A DNA stretch of 64,000 nucleotides from contig OZ249436.1 in NCBI GenBank assembly GCA_965235115.1, positions 19,034,001 through 19,098,000 of the forward strand, written 5' to 3'. A model generated the notes under the pieces. That model saw only the letters and a program-made list of their open reading frames with translations. It was not told the DNA's origin and ran no database searches. The stretch comes from Laetmonice hystrix (lineage: Eukaryota). The position numbers were made by a program, and so were the translations under genes. Positions 54,346 through 64,000 of this stretch are shown in pieces; within the stretch, counting starts at the first letter, position 1; each line of letters starts with the position of its first letter.

Positions 54346-54778
54346 CGACCTTTGCGTACGATAAAATACAGCTAGGTTTTAGGCCGGTTACTGCAATCTA
54401 AGCGAAAGGCACGGTTAGATTTTAATTTATGTTATAACAACCTAATTATTATTGATTCCCCACACAGCTGTGGGACTGGCCTTTTCCTCCCTTGGCTTGT
54501 TATTTACCGTATACTTCTTCAACCTCTTCCTTGGCACTTCTTTATCAGCGGTCTGATTTCCTAACCAGAGAGTTTGAACTTATTAATCCTGTACAAGTGT
54601 GGGAGGATAGAAAATTAGTGCTGATCAGTAAATACTCTATGATTCACGTCTGTGCACATTTCGTATGCCATGTGAATGCTACAGAGAATATGTGGGCGAT
54701 TTTAATTAGACTGACTCTGTGCCAGATCGCAACAAGTTGTTCTGTTCCCTGTACGTACAGTGTTTTCCACACGATCAG

Positions 54779-54795
54779 AAAGAGAGAGAGAGAGG

Positions 54796-54866
<71 letters not shown>
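54779..54866. repeat. (GA)n microsatellite
   Basis: About 40 GA units with one interruption. Confidence 0.95.
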
Positions 54867-54868
<2 letters not shown>

Positions 54869-55324
54869 GCCTGTCCCCGGTAGATATATAATATAGGATC
54901 TACGCCTGCATTCAGAACTGTTTGTAGCGTCTAACGTTCATTGACGGGTTAGAATTAGGAGGTATAACAAAACTTTTAGTTCCAGCATCCCCTGCCGTGG
55001 AGGGTGGGCGGCACCGGATTGGCCATCTCCATTGACAACACACCGTTCGTACTCAGCCAATCAGCCTTACGAGACCGGTTATAATACAGCTTCTTACGTA
55101 AGTCCCTGCAGATTCGGCCCCTTCTGAAAGCCGATTGTCTCAGAACTACACTCCCCGTCTCACGTCTGGGCTTCTCAGCTCTTCTCTTAGGCGAGGAGCA
55201 CTGCAGAAACAATCGACAGTACGATCTGCTCTGGAGAATATTTACGGATTATGTTTCTGGAGTGGGCTATAAATAAACAAGATGGAAACCTTGTCGATCA
55301 ATGCCTGACTGCATGTAGCTCACG

Positions 55325-55398
55325 TCACGTGCAGTCTGTCGTCTTGGCTCAAAAAATGGCTCCGCGCTGGGACAAAGAGGAACGCTCTAACCGGAAGT
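55325..55398. promoter_or_regulatory. Promoter-like motif cluster
   Basis: TCACGTG, AAAATGGCT (YY1-like) and CCGGAAGT (ETS). Confidence 0.3.
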
Positions 55399-55846
55399 TG
55401 TTCTCTATCAGTTCTATCAGTTTAATTTCAAATTTAATGCAAGTTATCCGAAGAGTTTTAACTGCAACGTATCTTTCAAACGGAAATGGGCTATCGTTGT
55501 GTTGCTAAACGTTTGTAAGCAGTTTTCTAGGAAACTCCCAACAGGCGTTATGATTCCTTGACCCTCTGAGGCCAAATGAGCATAAGCACCGTCACTCGCT
55601 TTTAGGAAAACAGGTTTTCAAGGCATAGCATCTAGCTGGATGGAGTTTGGGTGAGACGGTTTATCTCCCTGTCCACGAACAGGTGCGGTCAGGTACAGTA
55701 CTACATCCGTGAACTCTTACTGGATTGTTTTACAGGATTGTATTACGTACTACCACGCAATGATTTGACCTTGTCTACCGTTTCGTTGACCTCGCTGACC
55801 TTGTATACATCCCCTAAGGCCGGGTGGTTATTGACCTCGAGCCTCG

Positions 55847-55860
55847 CCACCAGAGGGCAG
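55847..55860 (+). promoter_or_regulatory. CTCF consensus motif
   Basis: CCACCAGAGGGCAG matches CCASYAGRKGGCRS; motif match only. Confidence 0.5.
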
Positions 55861-57175
55861 TGTAGACATGAGCAGGGAGCGGCACACAATGAAAGTTGGA
55901 GGACAATAAGTGAGGGGGGTTTCCCCCTGATTACAGAGACCTGTCGTCTCAAACAGACGTATCCCGCTCTCCGTGCTGGGGAAATAGACCCGCAGAAAAT
56001 CTACCATGCGAGGAGAGAGAAAAAAGTACGAATGTACACGGTAAAGGATCCGTATATGCGTGGTGTCGGGCCGTCGTGAATTTAGAAAGGGTTATTGATA
56101 ATAAGTATTGAACCGCTAGGTTTCCAATATATGGCCTTGGCTAGTCGCGGATTGTCGGGGGGGGGGGGGGGGGGGGGCTGCCGCGCCGCTGGACGCCACG
56201 CCCGGACACCACGTCCAATCGGACGCCATTATCAGTGTCACGCATGCGCCGTGGGTGCCGGTTGGTGAGGCCGACGCTGACGTTGTCGTGATGAGGCCGG
56301 CGCACACACCGCGACCGTGTCGTCAACCTCTACCCCGTTCATAATTCGCGAGGATACGACAGTGGCGGGCCTGTTGAAAGGCTGCCACCCCCCCTGTTGG
56401 GTGGGCAGGCGCCGGGCGAGGTCTCCCTCCATCGCAGGATGTCCAGACATATTATCCTTCCTAACCAGGGCGTGGAGATAAGAGCCAGAGATCGGGGTGT
56501 CAGAAACCGGGCCGTTTGGTTAATGCCGAATTGTGATGAGGGAAATCCCCAGTAGGCGGCGTCCCAAGGGCGTTAAGAGTGAGACACAATGATTGAACGC
56601 GCCCCCCCCCCCCCGCGTCACGTCACGTGACCCTCTTACCACATCGAGGCCGATATCTGAGATCGTGCCACCGCCTTTTTACGTCGCCGAAACAACGGGA
56701 AGTTATCGTCATAAAAATCCGCATAAAAACCAAATAAAAATCGCCCGACTAAATCAGGTCACCTTAACTGAAATAGATAACAGGAAACTGAGGGTAAAAC
56801 ATGCTTCAGTGAGAATAGCGGGAGGATGAGAGCATTATCTTGTGGTTATAGATAGGCCATGGCGGAGGTTGACTTCACTCGGACAACCTTGTAGCCGGCA
56901 GACCCCTATCCAAGACGGAAGTTGTATAATATGCCATTGATCATGCGCAATGATGAGCCAAATCGAGGCAGCCATCTTATCGGCTCTGATTTATGTCGAC
57001 AATGAAGCCACATTAGTATCAGAAGCCACATTAGTATCAGACAGAGAGGTCCCATGGGGGCGAAGCCATAATTGGGGTCACGAAGGGCGGTCTGATATTT
57101 TAGTTCTAATGCGCGGCAGTTGAAAGGCCAGCACCGCCAGCATCTGTATAACGTTTAAATGAATCAGTACTGGGG

Positions 57176-57347
57176 GAGGGGTGAGGAGGTGGAGGTAGGG
57201 GTGGAGGTGGGGTGGGGGTGCGGGTGGGGGGGGTGGAGGTGGGTGGTGGGGGGTGTGGGTGTGGGTGTGGGGGGTGTGGGTGTGGGGGGTGTGGGTGGGT
57301 GTGTGGGCGGGTGTGTGTGGGTGGGGGGGTGGGGGTGGGGGTGGAGG
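57176..57347 (+). repeat. G/GT-rich low-complexity tract (G-quadruplex potential)
   Basis: ggggtggaggtggggtgggggtgcgggtggggggg... Confidence 0.85.
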
Positions 57348-58987
57348 GACCTCATCGCCTGAATAACTAGACATATCGAATTTATTACCTTTGATAACTA
57401 CGTTTTTCTCCGACACTCCGACACCGTATTTCTTGAGGAAAGCAGGGGCAGTACTTTAATAAAAACATTCTTGTTTGGCGAACTCTCAATGCAAAGAAGC
57501 GTTACGGATGACCTGTAATCGCCAAATGCTGGTCCGTTGGACCTGCATTCCTATATCATTATATTAATATATCGTGCCAATCCTCTAAACGTTATAAATG
57601 ATCTCCTTAATTATAACGGCTTGTGTCACGATTAGGGGGGGGGGGGCGGGGCGGGGCGAAGGACCGGCTTACCTAGGGAATCCTGGTCCGGCGGACCTGC
57701 ATGCTGCCAGACTTCTCTCTAAAGATTCCCTTCACACCCCCCCCCCCCCCCGCATCCCGCCCCTCCCCTGGAGGTGAGGGTTTAGAACACACCCACAGGC
57801 AGTCTGCCAACTTGCCGATAACTGGGTGCGAATTATTGTCATGCCTAAAAGGTTAGGTAAGGTGGTAGGACACAACAACACGAAACGTTCATCTCACCGT
57901 GCAGTGACCCGTAAGTTTTCATGGCTGGATCCAGACGTCTCTACTTGGCCCCTGCATGTCCACCCCCCCTTATGGTGTCTTTTCCCCCAAATTCTCGATC
58001 CACCTGTTATTGAACGGCCTGCTTTGAAGGGGCGTTTAAACGATGTCCTTAGGGCATTTTAGTTTCAGCTCTAAAATATGTGTGAATGTGTTTATTGGAG
58101 GCGTGGAGGCGAGGTGTGGGTGCATGGTACGTGGGGGTCGTTGTAGTTGTTGTAGGCCGCGCACTATTACTAACGCAGGTTGTCTACCTGTCCAAACATC
58201 AGTCATATACGAGCGTACATGGTGGTGCAGAGAATTCAAAAACGATTTCCAATAAGCTAGCATGTCTCAAGAGCAATTATAAGATCCTCCAAACCCAACA
58301 CAGCAATAACAGTCTTGAGTTGCCCGGCCGAAGCTTAATGTGTTCGTGACAAATACGTGTATGATATTGATCGACAAAGCATCTAGGCCCAGTATGATTA
58401 CAAGTCAAGAAACCGGCTCCAGCCCCAACGAGGTGATAAATATAGAGATCGCTCAGACATAGTTTCAATTCCTACTTCAAATTATCTCAAACTATGGCGT
58501 TTCTTCACGCTAATCTTGTCTTCATCTGGTTTTTATTGTAGGTTTAAAAATAACCATCGAGGTCACGTGTCGTCAGGCCGCTAAGTGACGCATTCGTGTT
58601 GACGTTCGGGTACTGACGCCCATGCGCAAACGGCTCACGGGAAGTTGTGAGAAAACTGATTTCCGGTAATCTTGTCCCAGGAAGTCCAAGCACTTCCTGA
58701 CGCGGTCGGCTGACTTGTGGCTTGCTTCCATACACAATTTTCTACCCCGAGCCAAGATATGTTTGAAGGGGGTTCGACAACAGAATTCCCCTGCCTTCCT
58801 CTTCTAGACATATACAGTGTTCCTGCACTAGTTAGGCCAACCACACTGTAAAAGATCGCGATGTTATTCCGCCTAAAGTAGGTGACTTTTCCACATGAGA
58901 AGCTATGGAAGCCAATCAGAGAATTATTCTACTCCAAGTAATCCTCGTTTCATCATAACATTTTATTTAGGACTGATCCTAACCAAG

Positions 58988-59140
58988 NNNNNNNNNNNNN
59001 NNNNNNNNNNNNNNNNNNNNNNNNNNNNNNNNNNNNNNNNNNNNNNNNNNNNNNNNNNNNNNNNNNNNNNNNNNNNNNNNNNNNNNNNNNNNNNNNNNNN
59101 NNNNNNNNNNNNNNNNNNNNNNNNNNNNNNNNNNNNNNNA
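58988..59140. other. Assembly gap (153 N)
   Basis: Run of N. Confidence 1.
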
Positions 59141-59812
59141 ATTGCAGTGGCGGTGAGGAATCATAGTACCTCCAGGAAATGCCTAGGAATGTGAACCTTT
59201 ACTTTAGACGGAGGTCGATATCGTCGGAATTAATTCTGTAGAAGTGTTGTGGACACTGCCACCCGCCGATACAAAACCACCATATCTCTGTGAAGTAGCC
59301 AGTGAGAAACCTAATCGATGACATTGGAATGACTTACTGGTGTGAAGGGCTAGTGTAAATAGAGGTCTCTCTGACACACCATGGTGATGTGACTGTAACT
59401 CGATGAATGCTGTGAATGGTCGAATGTTGACAATACGCTGTCTATTATTAATGGGTGTAATGTGGCTTATCAACGGTATAGGAAACGGGCGGACGGGAGC
59501 AATACGGATCTCAATCAGGCCTAATTCCGGGCCTTTCAATAACGAATGAGGATATTTCTTGTCACCACGAATGATATCAATTAGCAGTCTAGGTTATGGG
59601 ACAAAACCTGAAAGCCCAAAATCAACATTTGACCGAATTCCTATCTTGTCAGCATGACAGCCAGCATGCATGACACGGCGTGGTCGTACAGACGAGTGTG
59701 ACGATATGATGGCCCTCACTGACAGGGGGCGGTATGGTCGACAGGATCGGGCCACGCATGCTCCCGTGAAATGTGAATCAAGAACACGCTCCGTTATTTT
59801 TCTGAGGTAATA

Positions 59813-60071
59813 CGGTGTCCCAAAAGTACACCACGGATCGGCTAAAACACTAACATCTCATCTCGGTTAACACAAATTCTCGGCTCGGGCTAGCGAAAAA
59901 CGCGAAAAGCTCGGTTCGACTAGCGCACACCTAAGGGTTAGGGCTAGTTAGGGTTAGGTGAGTTGAGGTTTTGAGTTACAAAGTAGGTAATCGAGCTGAG
60001 AATTCACGTTTGTCGCTCGCCGAGCCGAAGTTTTGTGTTTTAGCCGAGCCATGATGTACTTTGGACCACCG
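59813..60071. mobile_element. TA-flanked palindromic MITE (Tc1/mariner-like ends) with central telomere-like TTAGGG motifs
   Basis: TA|CGGTGTCCCAAAAGTACAC... and ...GTACTTTGGACCACCG|TA; imperfect inverted arms (tcggctaaaacac / gtgttttagccga); centre ctaagggttagggctagttagggttagg. Confidence 0.7.
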
Positions 60072-60477
60072 TAGTGGTAAACGCCTGTGCCCCCGTCCCA
60101 TGCCCCTGATGGACACGAAAGGACGAGACACACGGGACCAATCGCAGCGCTTCACGTGGTTCAAATACACGTGGTTAGTGGTTGCGAATGACACTCACTG
60201 ACTGCCACTAAATCTGAACGATACAAGATCTAAAAACGAGCTACACTGGCCTGCTTGGTTTCAGGGCGAGGTGACTGATTGCTAACGCTCGCCTCACATC
60301 CAAGCTGCATAAGGAGATAATCCAGGGTTTGGAAACAACCAATGAACTGTATCACTGAGAAATCTAAATCGTGGTTAACGCCTGAGGTGGTCTTACCACA
60401 GAGTACCCTACACCTGTGGTCTTACCAAGGAAAGTATCCGTCTAATGAGGAGACGCTGTGCGGTGGGTACTCGGCTG

Positions 60478-60955
60478 GACGACCTGCTTACTGACGGCTA
60501 GCGGGATGACCTGCTTACTGACGGCTAGCGGGATGACCTGCTTACTGACGGTAGGCGGGATGACCTACTTACTGTCGGTAGGCGGGATGACCTGCTTACT
60601 GACGACAGGCGGGATGACCTGCTAACTGGCAGCGGGCGGGATGACCTGCTAACTGACGGCAGGCGGGATGACCTGCTAACTGGCAGCGGGCGGGATGACC
60701 TGCTAACTGACGGCAGGCGGGATGACCTGCTAACTGGCAGCGGGCGGGATGACCTGCTAACTGACGGCAGGCGGGATGACCTGCTAACTGACGGCAGGCG
60801 GGATGACCTGCTAACTGGCAGCGGGCGGGATGACCTGCTAACTGACGACAGGCGTTATGACCTGCTAACTGACGGCTAGCGGGATGACCTGCTAACTGAC
60901 GGCAGGCGTTATGAACTGCTAACTGACGGCAGGCGTCATGGCCTGCTTACTGACG
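60478..60955. repeat. Minisatellite, 27-bp unit x ~17 with two alternating variants
   Basis: ggcgggatgacctgctaact(gacggca/ggcagcg). Confidence 0.95.
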
Positions 60956-61037
60956 GGATATAACGTGTACTGTACGTACATCTGATGTTGTCGTCCAGAC
61001 ACACACTGCCCGCACATACACAAATGGAGGTTTCCCA

Positions 61038-61330
61038 TTGGTTAATTTGCCGGCCAGCCGGCACGAGGCAGCTCGACCCACGGGAATCTCGCCTCCCGCG
61101 AGATGTCCTTGGTGCCATGGCCAATCAACCTGCTGGCCTGGCGCCTGCTATCACGCTAATACTGAACACTGCCTTCAATCCCCGCTCTCCCGCCCCCGGC
61201 CACGTGTACGGGCTTCTGTCACAGCAAAGGAAATCTGGAACAAGCACTGTCCCGGAATAAGGCGTCCCATAATGACCGAGAATACGGGATGCTCAAAGGA
61301 CCTTTACGGGACGCCGCTTGCACTGTGAAA
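61038..61330 (+). pseudogene. Decayed non-LTR retrotransposon (CR1/L2-like) reverse-transcriptase-region fragment
   Basis: Across frameshifts reads LVNLPASRHEAARPTGISP / PRDVLGAMANQPAGLAPAITLILNTAF / KEIWNKHCPGIRRPIMTENTGCSK. This is collinear with the typical LINE ORF2 motif order KAAGPDGISPRxL...LAPxLTLIFNxS...KKGxKxxPxNYRPISLTSVxSK (recalled from memory, not aligned). Confidence 0.5.
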
Positions 61331-61369
61331 ATCAGCTTCAGCGACGGCAGTCTACAGATAAATGAGATT

Positions 61370-61482
61370 GGGAGAGGTGGAGGAGCTGGAGGAGGAGGAG
61401 GAGGAGGAGGAGGGGTAGGAGGAGGAGGGGAGTGGGAGAAGGGGATAAGGAGGAGGAAAGGGAGGTGGAGGAGGAGGAGGTG
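61370..61482. repeat. GGA-rich microsatellite
   Basis: ggaggaggaggaggaggagg... Confidence 0.9.
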
Positions 61483-61746
61483 TTAATTTGTTGTCTAGAG
61501 GCGCTGGCTTTATGAGCTTAACGACCATACCATGGATTCCTCCTAAAGCGTCTCATTCTTGGCACATAATCCTTTACTGCCCTTTTGCCTCACAATGGTT
61601 AGCAAACCCACTTCTGACGTCAGCAAGATGGACAATGGAGAACACTGTCCCAGAGTCTAACGTATCCAGAAACCAGACCCGAACATAAAGCAAGCCTGTT
61701 GGAAGGAGGCAGATCCTGAACGAGTAGAGTAAAAATGGTCACTTAC

Positions 61747-61815
61747 AGAACATCGTTCCACGAATGTACAACAAGGGAGCTCACTTACCTGAAACAAAGA
61801 AAATCATCATTAAGG
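61747..61815 (-). promoter_or_regulatory. Candidate recursive splice site (ratchet point) with 42-nt cryptic exon
   Basis: Minus strand: ccTTAATgatgattttctttgtttcAG|GTAAGTgagctcc...gatgttct|GTAAGT. AG at 61790-61789, first donor 61788-61783, second donor 61746-61741; branch-like A at about -22; no other AG for about 45 nt upstream. Confidence 0.6.
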
Positions 61816-64000
61816 ATCAAACATGATAAGCATTACTTCGTTTACAAATATACAAAAATAAAACTTGGAAACAATTATGTCTCAACATACTGCAATATTT
61901 TCTTCTAAACTGTGAAGATGTGTTTTATTCCACATTATCTAATTGTCATTATACACCATCAGTAAAAGATGTCGAGGACGGAATATCCCCCACCCACCCC
62001 CTCCAGGTGTACACCTAGCCCGGTCGGGGAGCCTCACCTGTCCGCCTATTGTATCCCAAGCTAATACATCTCCATAATAAACCCACCTGCTCCCCCCCCC
62101 GTGTTTTACCAGGTAACCAAGGAAACAATCCGTGTTCTACTGTCCGGATCAGGCCACGAACAGTAACCCCCTAAAATAGCCACATCTTATTCCCGATACT
62201 GGCTGCGGAGCGCCACCTATCGGCCCCATTTACCGATCAGTTTAGTCAGTTTCCTTTCTCTGTGCTAACTTACAGCATGCTCGCCTGCCAGTGGCCTCGG
62301 TCAGTCTGTCATAGTGGTGAACTACAGGCTTTGTTTGGGCGCGGTTTGCCTAGATCTGGCTTTACCGGGGGGGGGGGGGACATATTACACTCGCCGAATA
62401 CGAGCTTGTCGGCATGTATAGGTAGGTAGGTCAATATGTCCTCTCTATACATGTATATGTCCTCTCTATCGGAAAGAGACGTTTGTATGTGGGTCAAACA
62501 AACTCTCGATTTCATGACTAATTTGGCGTTAAACATGTCGAACTTGTTCAGGCGGCTTCAGTGGACATTGCGGATTATCACCTGACACCAATTAAATAAG
62601 TCATTAGCCTCCAGAGGAGAGGACGCATGGACGTTTTTTTTTTTAATTGATGTGGGGAACTATCTTCTGTGCGAATGTACACAACAGCGCGGGCCAACAC
62701 GGTATTCAAAGGAATAACCGAAGAACCGCCATATCTGTGTAGAAGGTATCGCCTTTTATAAAGAAGAACGGTTGTGTCATACTAAGAGGTCAAACAGTCG
62801 TAGCAATTGTTTGTACTGCACGGAAACTGTGACTTTTCCTGAGCAGACTCAATTTTCAGTCACGTTTTGCGCAATGACGCCGAGATTCAAATATCTAAAT
62901 GGAATTAAATGGATTTTAAATGGAAATTTCATCGTATCAAACTCCCAAACATCTGTCCTTGGTAAGCTTTTACTGATTTAAGAGGAATATACAGCTATTT
63001 TACCATCTTAATAGTAGGCTAGTTTGAGTTTAAATGATGAAAACAAAAACTTTACGGACTATAATCCCATGATAATGTACAAAACACAATATACATGTTT
63101 ATCTGAAAGAAATGTGTGTATTCTGTTTAGTACACTTAAAGACCTGTTTTAACCTACATGTAGATACCCATCATTCCCTTCATATCACTTTTCGGAGCCA
63201 GACCATATAGCAGGATGCCTTAGTGACCCATACAACTGAAAAGGGATCGTACTAATAATTTCTTATGTTAGATACATAGAAAGAGTCCTATGCACACGAA
63301 AGGATTTAATTTTATTCCATTATTTATTTATTACCCACTATTATGACCAGTTGACGACGTTTCGTGAGAATCGACCATATATTCACCCATATAAGTGTTG
63401 AATGGAGAAAGACTGTCGTGATTAATCACCGTGGCTGTAGAAGAAAACCTCCAGAATTATCTTCCCTGAGTATGACCGCAATAAACTATACCATGACTGC
63501 AATTATATTCAATTTCCATCAATCTAGGCGCATTAGTTTGTGTGACAGAGAACCGAGCCTTGATGGTGAAGAACACGGCCCCACGGGCGCAGACGACGGG
63601 ATTCTATCAGCACTGAAAGAAGTGAACCTCAACCTAGCGGTCTTCATCTATCAACGATTAGATCTCCATGGCGACAGTTCCGGAAACACGTGACGTCTGA
63701 GGTCCGCCATCGACTACAAATACCATCCTGGCCCGCCATATAGAGGCCAATACAGTAAGACACATCAAAGCCCCCAATGTTGGCAGTCACTCCTTGGTTC
63801 CTATATATAGACAAACATATTTTGAGTCATGAGACATCAGTTGGAACTGATATAGTTTATAAGAGCTAGAATTTATCAAATAATCCACCAGCTAGCGCGG
63901 TGTAGGCCTACAACTATGACGTATGTTAACATCGTCTTGGTTTCTAACGTAAAAAAAGACGCTGGTAACCATCAACATGAAACGTCACGTCCGACGTGTG

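Larger units (their letters stand above)
4035..64000 (-). other. Probable very large upstream intron of the nAChR gene
   Basis: No convincing ATG + hydrophobic signal peptide + phase-1 donor was found by eye on the minus strand; the sequence is repeat-rich with no other recognisable host exons. A missed small exon cannot be excluded. Confidence 0.55.

Noticed and set aside
55356-55508. MAPRWDKEE as the start of a Myb/SANT-like transposon protein
   Set aside because: Similarity is limited to a few residues; the remainder is short and lacks the further conserved Trp/helix pattern.
57667-57690. ccctag|GTAAGC on the minus strand
   Set aside because: Very short pyrimidine tract, with an AG close upstream.
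18085-60955. Long ORFs in the track (18085, 19084, 21444, 22319, 29193, 32183-34130, 40329, 49071, 50162, 53875, etc.)
   Set aside because: All coincide with tandem repeats or N gaps; they are open only because the unit lacks stops, and have no domain signature or splice context.
1-64000. tRNA, rRNA, SINE A/B boxes, intact transposase or RT ORFs, operons
   Set aside because: None recognised by eye; no complete GGTTCGANNCC B-box with a matching A-box and cloverleaf was seen.

Overview
This is animal genomic DNA, probably from a lophotrochozoan (inferred from the protein sequence), not a prokaryotic window. The only confidently coding segment is a 194-nt internal exon on the minus strand (4034-3841) encoding the N-terminus of a nicotinic acetylcholine receptor (Cys-loop) subunit. 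I could not find its signal-peptide exon upstream or its next exon downstream, so most of the window is probably one very large intron. That intron holds about 25 unrelated mini/microsatellite arrays (roughly 11-12 kb), several foldback MITEs, a decayed LINE RT fragment, a degenerate hammerhead-like motif and two N gaps. Nearly all ORFs in the supplied track are artefacts of these repeats. The most interesting signal is two strong AG|GTRAGT sites on the gene's sense strand (61788 and 34670). Each has a branch-point match, a pyrimidine tract and a downstream partner donor 23-52 nt away. This is the architecture of recursive-splicing ratchet points, and the sites would cut the intron into ~27 kb and ~31 kb steps. 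This interpretation is inferred from sequence alone and needs RNA evidence.
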